Positions 1-11,600 of a stretch of 64,000 nucleotides of DNA are shown here, one piece after another. Origin of the DNA: Octopus sinensis (lineage: Eukaryota). Position numbers and translations under genes: made by a program. Every line of letters begins with the position of its first letter. The stretch's first letter is position 1. The stretch lies in the NCBI RefSeq assembly GCF_006345805.1, contig NC_042997.1:103354001-103418000 (forward strand), in the 5' to 3' direction. Below the pieces are notes generated by a model. That model was not told where the DNA came from. It was given only the letters and a program-made list of their open reading frames with translations, and did not search any database.

Positions 1-639
1 CATAACTGCATTTTTCTTCGCATTGGCATGTGATATCGTTGAACTTTTGAGAAATACCACAAGACTGTACGTTTCGACAACGAGGCTCACAGCGACAGGT
101 ATCATAATTAAATTTTTCATTTGCTCTGCAGGAAACTGCATAACCGCATTTTTCTTCGCATTGGCATGTGATATCGTTGAACTTTTGAGAAATACCACAA
201 GACTGTACGTTTCGACAACGAGGCTCACAACGACAGGTATCATAATTAACTCTTTCATTTGCGCTGCAGGAAACTGCATAACTGCATTTTTCTTCACATT
301 GGCATGTGATATCGTTGAACTTTTGAGAAATACCACAAGACTGTACGTTTCGACAACGAGCCTCACAACGACAGGTATCATAATTTATCTTTTCATCATT
401 ACGGCAATACAATGTTGGGCATTTGGAAACACATTGGCATGAAATCAAATCAAGAGTTTGCGAACCACTGCATGGCTGAGTAAAAGGACAAGCTTTTTGG
501 CATCGGCAACTTGTAGTATTCAGTCGTTCATCAGCACCGCAGTTTGGTGGATAAGCACATTTCGGCAAACACCGACAATTTTGATAATCAAGGGTTTCAG
601 AAATTTGGCATTTTGGTATGGGAAAGCAGCGTTGCGATG
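1..639 (-). CDS. Coding exon 5 (runs off the window) of a secreted chitin-binding protein: tandem Cys-rich C-x10-C-x-C-x3-C-x5 repeats (BR3/VEGF-C-tail-like)
   Basis: Minus-strand acceptor tttttaatttgtag|CA at 640/639. Stop-free frame: SQRCFPIPKCQISETLDYQNCRCLPKCAYPPNCGADERLNTTSCRCQKACPFTQPCSGSQTLDLISCQCVSKCPTLYCRNDEKINYDTCRCEARCRNVQSCGISQKFNDITCQCEEKCSYAVSC... A 138-bp DNA repeat unit starts at 1, 139 and 277. Phase 1 matches the upstream exon. Confidence 0.92.
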
Positions 640-744
640 CTACAAATTAAAAATATATAATACCATTATTTATAATAGACTCAAACTGTGACATTTTATT
701 TTTCTATAACAAAATTATACATATATTCGTTTCAATGTTTGACA

Positions 745-908
745 CTAGGCCAGCAATTTCGGTGCGGGTGTTAGTCTCAATCGGTACTTAATTTATTGAC
801 CGTAGAAAGGATGAATGACAAATTCGACCCCGTAACAATTTGAACTCAGAAAGTAAGACTGGACGAAATATCACTAAGCATGCTAACGATTCTGCTAGCT
901 CGCCATCT
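745..908 (-). mobile_element. tRNA-derived SINE, family A (degenerate)
   Basis: Reverse complement of the recurrent gagctggcagaatcgttagc...gagttcaaatt...tttcatcctttc motif seen more than 15 times in the window. Confidence 0.7.
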
Positions 909-1477
909 TATGCATACATTGAAATACATTTTGATACTGTGTCTGACTAAGTATCGGGCAAGTTTCATACTGGAAATGGTCCGGATTTCTGGATTTTACT
1001 TGTAGAGACAGTTGAAATATATACTTAAAATGTATGATAAACTATATAAAGTAAAGGACTAAACTGTATTCACAAGTCAAAATAATATACTTCTAAAGCA
1101 GGTTCTGCCTCATAATTATTAAACCACTTTAAAGTTTTTAAGTATATCATATTGCACCATGTATACGGTATAATGCTTATAGGATGAAAATTAATCGAAG
1201 ACAAATTTAATAGATACAGGTACAAATTAATACACTTCTAAAACAGAGTGTTTAATCTTTTTCTATCTACTTAAAATGTAAACAACAAAGCTATTTTTAA
1301 CAAACCGTATGCAAATTGACTAACAAAGCAGCTGCACGGCAAACTAGGGCTGGCGCGTGAAATTCAAAACTAGCTAATTTCAAAAATAGTCGGGTTTTGG
1401 TAATTCCGGATGTCTGGAAGCCGGATAAGAGGTCGATACTGTATTACATTTAATTTAGAGACCCAAAAATAACTTAC

Positions 1478-1675
1478 ATGGAGTAGTCATACCATAGGGT
1501 GTACATTCTCGGGAATCAAGGCAAGATCCTAACATCGAATGATAAGTTCCTGAAGCTTTCAGGTCTGCACAAGGTTGAATAGAAGTTGTTATTCCATAGC
1601 TGCAGACTCCCCACATTAAACATGATGTAGAATCTGTTTGATAGACGGCAGGATTTCCCAGTGATTTGCATTTAT
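1478..1675 (-). CDS. Coding exon 4: divergent chitin-binding type-2 (CBM14-like) domain
   Basis: Acceptor tcttttctttcag|AT (1676/1675) and donor CCAT|gtaagt (1478/1477). 198 nt, phase 1-1. Translation: DKCKSLGNPAVYQTDSTSCLMWGVCSYGITTSIQPCADLKASGTYHSMLGSCLDSRECTPYGMTTP. Cys spacing C-x15-C-x5-C-x10-C-x15-C-x5-C. Confidence 0.88.
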
Positions 1676-1744
1676 CTGAAAGAAAAGATACATTAAAATA
1701 TCAAGGATAACTTTGCATTTGTAAATATATACTCTTTTACTCTT

Positions 1745-2145
1745 TACTCTTTTACTTGTTTCAGTCATTTGACTGCGGCCACGCTGGAGCACCGCCTTTA
1801 ATCGAGCTACTCGACCCCGGGACTTATTCTTTTGCAAGCCCAGTACTTATTCTATCGGTCTCTTTTGCCGAACCGCTAAGTTACGGGAACATAAACATAC
1901 CAGCATCGGTTGTCAAGCAATGCTAGAGGGACAAACACAGACACACAAACACACACACGCATATATATATATATATATATACGACGGGCTTCTTTCAGTT
2001 TCCGTCTACCAAATCCACTCACAAGGCTTTGATCGGCCCGAGGCTATAGTAGAAGACACTTGCCCAAGGTGCCACACAGTGGAACTGAACCCGGAACCAT
2101 GTGGTTGGTAAACAAGCTACTTACCACACAGCCACTCCTGCACCT
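1745..2145 (-). mobile_element. tRNA-derived SINE, family B (full length)
   Basis: tRNA-like head (tggctgtgtggtaag...ggttcagttcc), internal microsatellite and ataaaagag tail; near-identical copy at 59105-59515. Confidence 0.85.
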
Positions 2146-3746
2146 ATATATATGATTATATATGTTTTACTAAATGATTTCGTGCGATGGTGACAAATAA
2201 CTCTAGCAATCAGTAGAGCCATTGAATTGCTGCTAAACACGCATGTCTGCCAGTTCCTGTGGGCTGTATTCTGTTTTTTTTTTTTTTTTTGTCTTCAATA
2301 CTCTCATTCATTCAGTTTTTCTATATAGCACGTTATCCTCCACAATTTCCGCCTTTTGCATTCTGATTAAACATTCACTCGATCTTTCACTGATCTTTTC
2401 TCAACTTCGAAACGAAAAAAATATATTCGAAATCAATTAGACATGAGTTGCTTCGTTACCTATATTTGTCACCTTGTCATCAACAATGAGCTCGTAACTC
2501 CCTTTAAGATAGTAGTAATTCTTGAAAGAAAATACCTCACGAATTACCGAAACCCTTTTGGGAGCGATGTTGATTGGGGGAAATTCCAAAACATTCCTTT
2601 CAATACTTCGCCGTAAAATTTGATGATATACGAAATTATATGCCTCGTTGATTTGGTATTATATAAACATAGAAACTGGTTTAAATCCACCTTCCATCTG
2701 TATGTATAAGCGTCGATGTTTGCTATTTGCTTAAGAACAACATTACCATTTCTCATGCAATCTTTACCATTTTCTGTAGAAAATGCATAAAAAACAACCT
2801 GTATCTTTAGGTCCCCATGGGCTAAAACATTGAAGAGTCAAGAAAAGAGCAGTAGGGAGATTGAAATGCAGTTGTTGAGTTGGAGCGAGTGTTAATGAGA
2901 TACATAAAGTGTTGTCAGAAAGGCACAGCGAATTTTTGTTTTCATTCTCTTTTATCATTTTATAGTCTTTCATCCACTAAATACACTCACACAATCTCTC
3001 TTCCATCTACCCATTTTGTATAATACACACACACATACACACACATACTCACATTCATTCACACTCATATATATATATACACACACACACACACATAGAA
3101 ACAAACTCATGTACATAGACACACACACATATACATACATAAAAATAAACACACACAACACATAAGAAAATCATTTCCTTTCATACTTACGCTTGTTTGT
3201 ATTTGTGAAATACACAGATGTTAATTTTTATAACGTTTATATAAAATTCATTAGTACTACTGAATATTTTAGAAACATGAACACGTTTAAACGTGAAACA
3301 ATTAAAGAATATATGTTCAAATATTTTCCATGATTGTCAAAAGTACATACTAAATTTTCGAAGACATGACATTTTTAAATAAAGAATTTTAATGATGATT
3401 GTATACTAACATTCCAGCGGGCGACACGTTTAAAGAAACTATGTCTAGCCACTTAGAATAAAGAACTCAAAGATAAGTCTGAGAGTGAACGTTTACCATA
3501 TATTTTGGGTGGAAATCTAATGGTCTCCCGGTATTGTTAGTGTTACCGAGAGAACCCTTTAACCCTTTAGAATTTTGATTACCTTGTAAAATGTAAGGCT
3601 TATTTATTTACATTGATTTGTATTATGCAGCTTCGAGACTTTGATGATGTGATTATTTATTTTTAGAATAACATTCAAGGGTAGGAGTATGAGATTGGAT
3701 CTGGCTGGTTTGAACACAAAACAGGTAAAATATTTGGGCCAGATGT

Positions 3747-4076
3747 GGCCAGCATGGCTCAGTAGTTAGAGCGTTGGGCTCACAATCACGTGGTAGTGAG
3801 TTCGATTCCCGGACTGAGCTGTGTGTTGTGTTCTTGAACAAGTCACTTTATTTCACGTTGCCCCAGCTGTAGAAATGAGTTGCGACGTCACTGGTGCAAA
3901 GGTGAATCGGCCTTTGCCTTTCCCTTGGACAACATCAGTGACATGAAAAGGGGAGGCTTGTATGCATGAGCGACTGCTGGTCTTCCGTAAACAATATTGC
4001 TTGGACTTGTGCCTTGGAGGGTAACTTTCTAGGTACAATCCCATGGTCATTCATGACTGAAAGGGGTCTTTACCCT
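3747..4076 (+). mobile_element. tRNA-derived SINE, family C
   Basis: A box tggctcagtagttagagc and B box gagttcgattccc, followed by about 250 bp of non-tRNA body. Confidence 0.75.
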
Positions 4077-4559
4077 AAGTAAATATAATTTGATATCACT
4101 ATATACACATTTAAATGTAAAACAATGAAAAACTATTGGTGTAATGACCTTCTCTAGACACAACATAATAAAGAAATTGTTTCCGATAATCCATATTATT
4201 TGAAACTATATACTAACTTTTTGAAGACGGCTCTGGAACAATGCTGATAGTCGAAGTTCATTTCAGAGCCCTACACCAGTTGCTTGATATGTCTGTGCAA
4301 CATACCATGAAGTCATTTACGTTTACCAAAAAAAAAAAGATAATAATAATAATGAAGCAGTTCCTCCAGGGTCTGCACCCGTTGTACGTCAGGTGAGAAA
4401 GCAACTTCATAATGTTAATGTGATTCAAAGTATTTGTTTTTACCCTTTCTTCCAATTTCTTTCATTCTTTCATAGATTTCAGCCAAAAGGCTGCAACCAT
4501 GCTGGAGCACCGTTAGTGTAGTCACCTTTTCAATGGCCATTCTTATGCGATTAACTTTT

Positions 4560-4800
4560 AGTGAAGTAGTGTGTTTGACGTTGCTAGCTTCTTTTCAGTT
4601 TCTTACCGTGACATAGGTTCATCTAAGACCTTGGGGAGAAAGAAATCTAGTTGTTTCTTCAAAACAAACATCTACTCCTACTAGAAGATCCCTCAGATGT
4701 TTTGGCAAGGCATTACATAGCTGTGGGCCCTTGAATCCCAAGCGTTTGCAGTACATGGTCCTCACTCTAGACGGAGTAGATGAGACCTTTGGCCAGCATA
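4560..4800 (-). mobile_element. Decayed LINE 3' ORF fragment (CR1/L2-like)
   Basis: Minus frame gives RTMYCKRLGFKGPQLCNALPKHLRDLL...KKQLDFFLPKVLDEP, resembling the post-RT C-terminus of CR1/Jockey-group LINEs. Confidence 0.55.
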
Positions 4801-5008
4801 TTCACTTTTAAAATACCTGTTAAGTCTTTGTAAAATAAAAATACACTTTTGTTAAACAGCTTATCAATTATCATACGCTTCCTAACACTCATACCACTGT
4901 CTTAGGCAAATAATCATCATTTCTATAATATGCGTTCACCATTGTTAAATGAGCCGACAAAGGAAACTCAATGATATCGTTAGATCTGCTAGAAACTAGT
5001 CATATCTC

Positions 5009-5463
5009 GGATCTTTTCGGTTTGAACGGCAGTTTTTAACATAATTTCTAGGTAACTAAAAAATTTTAAACTTCGTATACTGGTAGAACGTGTTTATAAA
5101 ATATCTTTTTCTCTTGGCTTTATTGAGAAAATTCTATAGTTTGTAAGATATTTGGTCTTTAATTTCTTGCATTTCGACAATTTCAACCAATCAAAGACCG
5201 TCTATTGAGGTAAAAACATTCTGTGCCGTATGAATATGTCCCTCGTTTAAGAAACAGATTGGGTTTATTTACATTTGTGAAGAAACAAATATACCCTTCC
5301 CCCCACCCCTAACCCTAACCCTAACCTTAACCCTCACTAACCCTAACTAACCCTAACCCTAAAACAGATTGAAGTGCAATAGATCGATTCTAGGGTCATA
5401 ATTATGGGTGACAATTTCATATGACACCGCTAGAAAAAACTGCCGTTCAAACCGAAAAGATCC
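5009..5463. mobile_element. MITE with 28-bp TIRs, 8-bp TSD and an internal (CCCTAA)n tract
   Basis: TIRs ggatcttttcggtttgaacggcagtttt / aaaactgccgttcaaaccgaaaagatcc; flanks catatctc / cacatctc; telomere-like repeats at 5307-5362. Confidence 0.85.
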
Positions 5464-6454
5464 CACATCTCTCAGAAATATGCTCTATCGTGTTAAACAA
5501 AGGTACCCGTTGGATAATGATAATGTATTCCATGCGCTACCTATGTCCCCTACACATAGAGAACAGGCAGGATGGTCTCGGCTAAAATGTCTTTAATCAT
5601 AGGTCTGTTTATAGTAGTCTTTATATGCATTTACTATTTGCCTATGTATGTGTACATTCGTTTTGAGCGCGTGCTTGTGTGTAGGTGTATGTGCGAGCGC
5701 ATGAAATTGAAGGCGTAAAAGTGTCTCTTTTATATTCGCATAGACCGTATGTTGCTACCCTACCTTTGTATGAGCTAATGAATTTTTTAAACGTTTTGAC
5801 CTTGGTGACATTTCTCTCTTCGTGTCACAAACCTTTGTCTTGCTACACCTCATTTTAACCACCACTCTTCCCAGATCATTTCCTACCTCACGTACTTTTC
5901 TGTGTTGTTATGACATAGTATACTTATGTGCAAGCGTAGACATATGCATATGTATTCATATATACGCATCTGTATATGTCAGATGCGTTCGTAAGTGTGT
6001 GTAAGTATTCGAATGTCTACTTATGTGTGCGTGCGTGTGTGTATGTGCGAATGTTGGATATGTGTGTGCATATATACATAATGTCGTTTCTAAGTAACTT
6101 GTCAACGGCTTTTCCTTCCTCTCTATTCCCTGTTACTCTTGTCTTATGACGTACCGCCATTCTCTCTACTTGATCTCCTGTCCCTACATACGCCATTTCT
6201 ATATTTTTCAGACATTCATATCATATCTATTTTCTTTCTTGACGAAGAAGACGAAAAACACTTTTGGTCAAAGTGCTTGGATTTATTTTATTTTTTTTTA
6301 ATGTTAATAATCTCATTCTTATCGACTGAGAGCGTCACTAACTTCGTTTCACTTTAATACTTAAGTATTTTTAAAAAAACCTAAATAGAGTTATAAGCCT
6401 ACTTCAAAAAATACTTCAACTCTTCTACTAATCAAAAATACTTCAACTCTTACT

Positions 6455-6720
6455 AGATATTAACCTTTCCTAAACATGTAATAAGACCGCCATTGGAGTA
6501 GATCTTCTCTTGCTTATGAGACAAGTGCCCATTGTTACACCCTGTAAAGCGTTCTACATCATATCCAAAATAAGGTGATGCAGTTGATTAATAAAGATCA
6601 ACTCACCAGCATGCTACAATCCCAGCTAAAAAGGAAGTTTCTTCTTTCTATCTTGTCTACAATACTACAATGATCTCAGTTTGTTTAAACTAGCAGGCGC
6701 AGCAGACCACCTTTATCCAA
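6455..6720 (+). mobile_element. Decayed CR1/L2-like LINE RT C-terminal fragment
   Basis: Frameshifted remnants resembling IRPxLEY...IQxKxxxLINxxxLTxxLQ...RRxVSxLxLxYxYYN. Confidence 0.5.
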
Positions 6721-7029
6721 ATAGATCAGACAATTCACTCTCTTGCTCCTAAGTTTTTTTTTGTTTTTTTTTACTGAGTTTCATCACATCTTGGTTCCAC
6801 AATACACATGTTACACAGTCATTCCTCTACAGAGCTGCAGCCCTTCAAATTCCTTCTTTCCGCTCGTTCTGCTTTTAAATATACGAAAAAAGAACTGAAC
6901 ATCAACCGCGGAGAGCTTGAAAATGTCATTTATTCACTATCCTTCCTCTCCTGTGGCTAAGTAATGGACATTATTGTTTCAAGCCCTTTGACTCGTAATT
7001 TCAGTTACCCAGTTTCCTTGACATATTAG

Positions 7030-7215
7030 TGACTGAGATCACAACGTCTCCCTTGAATGGGATGCTTCTCCATTGCATCGTTATTAATTTACGGCGGAAT
7101 GGACGGGAGCAACGTAAAATGAAGTGTTTTGCTCAAGAACACAGCGGTCCACGAACCGAAACCACGATCTTGTGATCATAAATGTAAGACCTTAACTACT
7201 AGGTTACGCACGTCC
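7030..7215 (-). mobile_element. tRNA-derived SINE fragment
   Basis: Reverse complement shows a tRNA-like head (tagttaagg...gtggtttcggttc) and the ttcttgagcaaaacact body shared with other SINE copies. Confidence 0.55.
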
Positions 7216-7279
7216 ATTAAATAATAATAAAGGAGTGCTAATATACAAATAAAAACAGTAAATAAGAAATCATACTTAC

Positions 7280-7474
7280 CGTTAGCACATTTAACGTTCC
7301 ATGGGTAATCGCATGTGAATGCTTTATCATTCCAAAAGCGGCCTCGGGCACAGGACATGACGACACCTAAATAATTACCACTGCTCAACTGGCTACATGA
7401 TACATATTTGGTGCAATCGGACGGATGAGCATTGTAATAAATCTTGTTGGAAAATCGGTTACTGTCACAGGCAT
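7280..7474 (-). CDS. Coding exon 3: canonical chitin-binding type-2 (CBM14/peritrophin-A) domain
   Basis: Acceptor ttttttttccttaacag|AT (7475/7474) and donor AACG|gtaagt (7280/7279). 195 nt, phase 1-1. Translation: DACDSNRFSNKIYYNAHPSDCTKYVSCSQLSSGNYLGVVMSCARGRFWNDKAFTCDYPWNVKCAN. Spacing C-x17-C-x5-C-x14-C-x12-C-x7-C, with the HPxDCxKY and CxxGxFWN..CDxPxNVxC motifs typical of CBM14. Confidence 0.95.
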
Positions 7475-8059
7475 CTGTTAAGGAAAAAAAAACACTTTTG
7501 TATTAAATTTTTGAACTTACACTCTGTACTTGTTTATACTCTTACTAATTTAGCTTAAATATGATTTATTCTAAAACAGTTATGCTCGGAGAAATAAAAT
7601 ATCCATAAAATTGTATTGAGTTTCGTAGAAAATTGAGATGAAAATGGCATTAATTAATAAACTTGGAATCAATTTACTAAATGCGTTTCAACTTCGAAAT
7701 AGTATGATTAAATGTTACGTTTTGCTCTATAAACAGTGATTATTTCGTTTGATTAAAATAACAGTCTACTTGAGAAGTAAACAATACCACCAGAAGACGT
7801 TTGGCTATTACAAATAACTGCTAAAACACACACCGTTGATCTGGAAATAAACAACAATAACAATAACACATTTTGATACGAGGAATTGTTTTTAACTTGG
7901 GAAAAATCAGCAATTTTGATGGAATGGAGTACAGTCGATAATATAGATACCAGTACTTAATTTTATCGATACCGAAAGAATGAAAGCCAAGACTGATCTC
8001 CACGAGATATAACTGCAGAATGTAGAAAGCCGGAAGTATATTTGATATAAAGAATAGTT

Positions 8060-8490
8060 TCAATTTTTGACTCAAGGCCAACAATTTTGGGGAAGAGGGT
8101 AAATCGATTACATCGACCTCAGAGTTCAACTGATACTTATTTTATCGACCCGGAAAGGATGGAGAGCAAAATTGAACTCGGCAGAATTTGAACTCAGAAC
8201 GTGCACACGGACGAAATACCGCAAAACATTTTGGCCGGCGTACTGACGATTCTACTAGGTTGCCGCCTAATATAATAATAATCATACTGATTTCAAATTT
8301 TGGTACCAGGCCAGCAATTTGTGGCGGGGGAGCTGAGTCGATTATGTCGACCTCTCAACTAGTACTTATTTAATCGATCCCGAAAGGATGAAAAACAAAA
8401 TCATCTTCAGTGGAATTTGATCATGCAAAGAACCGAATGCCGATAAGCATTTTGCTTGGCGCGCTTACGACTCTGCTAACTCGCCACCTT
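8060..8490 (-). mobile_element. Two tandem family-A SINE copies
   Basis: Each has tcgattacatcgacc...tttatcgacccgaaaggatg...gaactcagaacg. Confidence 0.75.
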
Positions 8491-8654
8491 CACATTTGAT
8501 ATAAATAATGATTTCTAATGTTCAATCTTTATCATTCAAAGAAGCTAATTCAACTATAAGACAAAATTAAAATTGCTATATGGTAAAACCTGCCCCAAAT
8601 GAATAAACATGCACTTATGTAGCCAATATTTCTGTGAAATGAATGTCACACATA

Positions 8655-8871
8655 CGAGGGATACTGAAAATATCCTGGCTTTAAGGATATCGAGAAAGGC
8701 CGGGGTGGCGGCCCAACCTTCCGAGTTCTTTTACAGGGCTTAGAAAAATTGAACTACCGCTGCAAGAAGTGTGTGAATCTGAGAGGAGAATATGTTGAAT
8801 TAAATCATAACTGACTGATTCTCTTGTATTTTGTTTTTGCTCAGAACCAAGAACTTTTCAGCAGCCCCTCG
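8655..8871. mobile_element. Non-autonomous mariner-type MITE (~217 bp)
   Basis: ta-cgagggatactgaaaatatcctgg ... ccaagaacttttcagcagcccctcg-ta; imperfect mariner-like TIRs with TA TSD. The interior resembles a mariner 3' end (KxVxLRGEYVE). Confidence 0.7.
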
Positions 8872-8993
8872 TATAGATATTATTGCCAAATAACTAAAAG
8901 ATACCTCTGCCTATCATTTAGTAAAATTGTACATAAAGTTACTCCATTACTCTTTTAGATAAAATCTCTCTAGAATTATCTTATCATTTTAGC

Positions 8994-9028
<35 letters not shown>

Positions 9029-9179
9029 CAACAGCAGCAGTAAATTTGTGCTAATTCAATCAACTATATATCTTCACAAGCAAATGTTAATATGTTACAT
9101 TTTCTGTGAAGGTCATGCTTTAAGATTATTTCATAAAAATATGTTTTCATGCACACACACACATACACGCGCACATACA

Positions 9180-9217
<38 letters not shown>

Positions 9218-9989
9218 GGGGACAGAGGTGGGAGGAATAGAGCATCTAGGTGTGATTGCTACATGTAAGACAAGGGCATTCAATGCCAGGCTGGAAGAGT
9301 TTATCATAATATTGTAGAGCATAGCAACATATTCCAAATTATATGAAAAAGGAAAAGGAGAAAGAAACACTCTATAGTCAATATCTCGCATGATATCCTA
9401 TCAAGGAAGTAACCCAAACTGAAAGTTAAAAATAGGGTCTTATCGTAGCTGCAAAATTCCCAGCCCCTCAAAATTAAAATTGCAAAAAAAAAAAATACAA
9501 AAAAAACACACAGCATTATAGAAAAACTATGCTAGCATCAAACATCATGCTAATACCAAGCACTCCAAACCATCCACGTTAGTATCAAGTTAGCCATCTT
9601 TAGTCCTCTGCTTCCGAGCTGAAAAAGAAGTGCTACTGGAAAACCGCATCTTTTTGGAATCGGTTAGCTCAACCCCACAGCAATTCTTTCGGCTGTAGCT
9701 TTGTTTCTACACTGCTCCTCTCAAACTCAAAGTCATTGACTGTCGTTTTACTGTTGTGTTTCAGTGCACGGGCTTGCTGCACGAACGACGCTTTCTTCGC
9801 GTTTTGCATTGAAAAAACTGGGACAATTCTCTCCCCGAGCTAGTTTTTAGTGATGCCTCTACTATGCACTTGTTTACTAATTTCTCTTCTACTTTATTGT
9901 TTTCTATCCATACTTAGCTAATACTAACGGATTCAGATCTAATTTCACTCTTTAGAAAGGGTTACAGTTGTGAAAGATACATGCAGTTT

Positions 9990-10740
9990 TTGGTAACAGA
10001 GTTCCTCCTTATTGTTCTTATTGACTGCACGGATCACGATTTTGTAGCCTATGCGGTGAACATCTCGAAGTTAAGGAAAGCTTACACTAAGGTATCGGTT
10101 AAACCAAGTAAAACCTCTCTTTTAAAATATAGACCCTCATGATTATCGAAGTCCTCATTGGCGCATTGCCAAAACCAAGTATCTCATAAGAAACTACCTC
10201 AAAAGACTTGTGGGTTTTTTGTTTTGCCTTCCTCTGGTGACAACTCTCAGACAATCCCCACCTGCTGTCAATGTATCAATTCAGTCATCCACTAACTTTA
10301 ATAAGGGAGATATTCCAAAGGATATCTCTAGACATCCAAAGAAATCGGGCCGTCCAGTTACTGTCGAGGGCTAAGCTGCCACTAATGTAAAGCCAACAAC
10401 TGTTGGCGTCCAAAACCACCAGCTTATGCAAGTCAAGGAAATCGTACTTGTTACTTCATTCAAGCTTTTCCGAAAAAGAGCACTTCCTTGCCACTAGAGT
10501 TTTTGAACAGTTGTCACTGCTTCTACGCTGATCCCTGGTCACATTCATTTTAACAGCGTCTTCTTAGTCTGAGCATCTTAAAGTGGGGAGAAGATAATAT
10601 CAAATATGAAAACAAATATATCCTGCACTAGCGTTAATCTTTTACTATACCCTTGGAAGAGACCTACAACAACTTGTCTAGAATATTTTATAAGGCTCCG
10701 AAGTCATGTAGAAAGCCTTTTCTCCAAGATCCAACATTCC
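9990..10740 (+). mobile_element. Highly decayed LINE RT region (CR1/L2-like)
   Basis: Remnants such as PLLFL...DFVAYA(D) and RAVQLL; many stops and frameshifts. Confidence 0.35.
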
Positions 10741-10744
10741 TGGA

Positions 10745-10980
10745 GACTTAATCCGCTGTCTGTCCTTGTTTGTCCCCTCTGTGTTTAGCCCCTTGTGGGT
10801 AGTAAAGAAATAGGTATTTCGTTCGTCTTTATGTTCAGAGTTCAAAAATCTGCCGAGGTCGACTTTGCCTTTCATCCTTTCGGGGTCGATAAAATAATGT
10901 ACCAGTTGAATGCTGAGGTCGTTGTAATCGATTTGCCCGCTTCCACAAAATTGCTGGCCTTATTTCAAAATTTGAAACCA
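10745..10980 (+). mobile_element. Family-A SINE
   Basis: gagttcaaaaatctgccgaggtcgactttgcctttcatcctttcggggtcgataaaa. Confidence 0.75.
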
Positions 10981-11182
10981 TTTATTATTATTATTGAGTG
11001 AGAGAGCAGCACACGCCATCAAAGTGACGCTGGGGTAGAAATATACGAAGCCCAGTATATAATCACCATGACTACTCGTCTGATAAGGGCATCCATCTAC
11101 GAAATTCCACAATTACACTCACAGTATAAAGCTACCCCATTACTCTTTTAGATAAAATCTCTCTAGAATTATCTTATCATTT

Positions 11183-11260
<78 letters not shown>

Positions 11261-11280
11261 CAATAATAATTATAATAAAA

Positions 11281-11600
11281 TCAATATGAGAGGTATAGAA
11301 AAAATAGCAAAGTACCAGGACCAAGCCATTGATTTACAGAGACTAGGACCATGCCATTGAGTTACAGAGTTACAGAGACTATGGAAAGTGCGGGTAAAAT
11401 ATATCCCAGTAGTTGTAGGTGCATTAGGAACTATCCCTAAAGATTTGAACAAATGTATAGAGAAAAGAGGCATAAAACCCAGTTTAGTACAGCTCCAGGA
11501 AACAGTGCTATTAGGGAAAGCTACGATATTTAGGAGGGTTCTCGGCATCTAAGGTTACTTGTTGTAGCCTGACGTTAGGAATCTTTCTTTTCCAACAGTC
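11281..11600 (+). mobile_element. R4/Dong-like non-LTR retrotransposon, 5'-truncated RLE C-terminus
   Basis: EKIAKYQD...ELQRLWKVRVKYIPVVVGALGTIPKDLNKCIEKRGIKPSLVQLQETVLLGKATIFRRVLGI*; inserted after (AGT)n/(AAT)n. Confidence 0.8.

Noticed and set aside
23-442. 139-aa plus-strand repetitive ORF (MACDIVELLRNTT...)
   Set aside because: Antisense shadow of the Cys-repeat exon. The minus frame has a splice acceptor, regular Cys spacing and phase agreement with upstream exons.
2544-2783. Minus-strand ORF behind a good acceptor (ttttctacag) in intron 3
   Set aside because: No phase-1 donor giving a sensible exon, no recognisable motif, and the flanking CBM14 exons already join cleanly (CAN-DKC).
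5307-5362. Telomeric repeat suggesting a chromosome end or fusion
   Set aside because: Short, imperfect and enclosed by the TIRs of a MITE.
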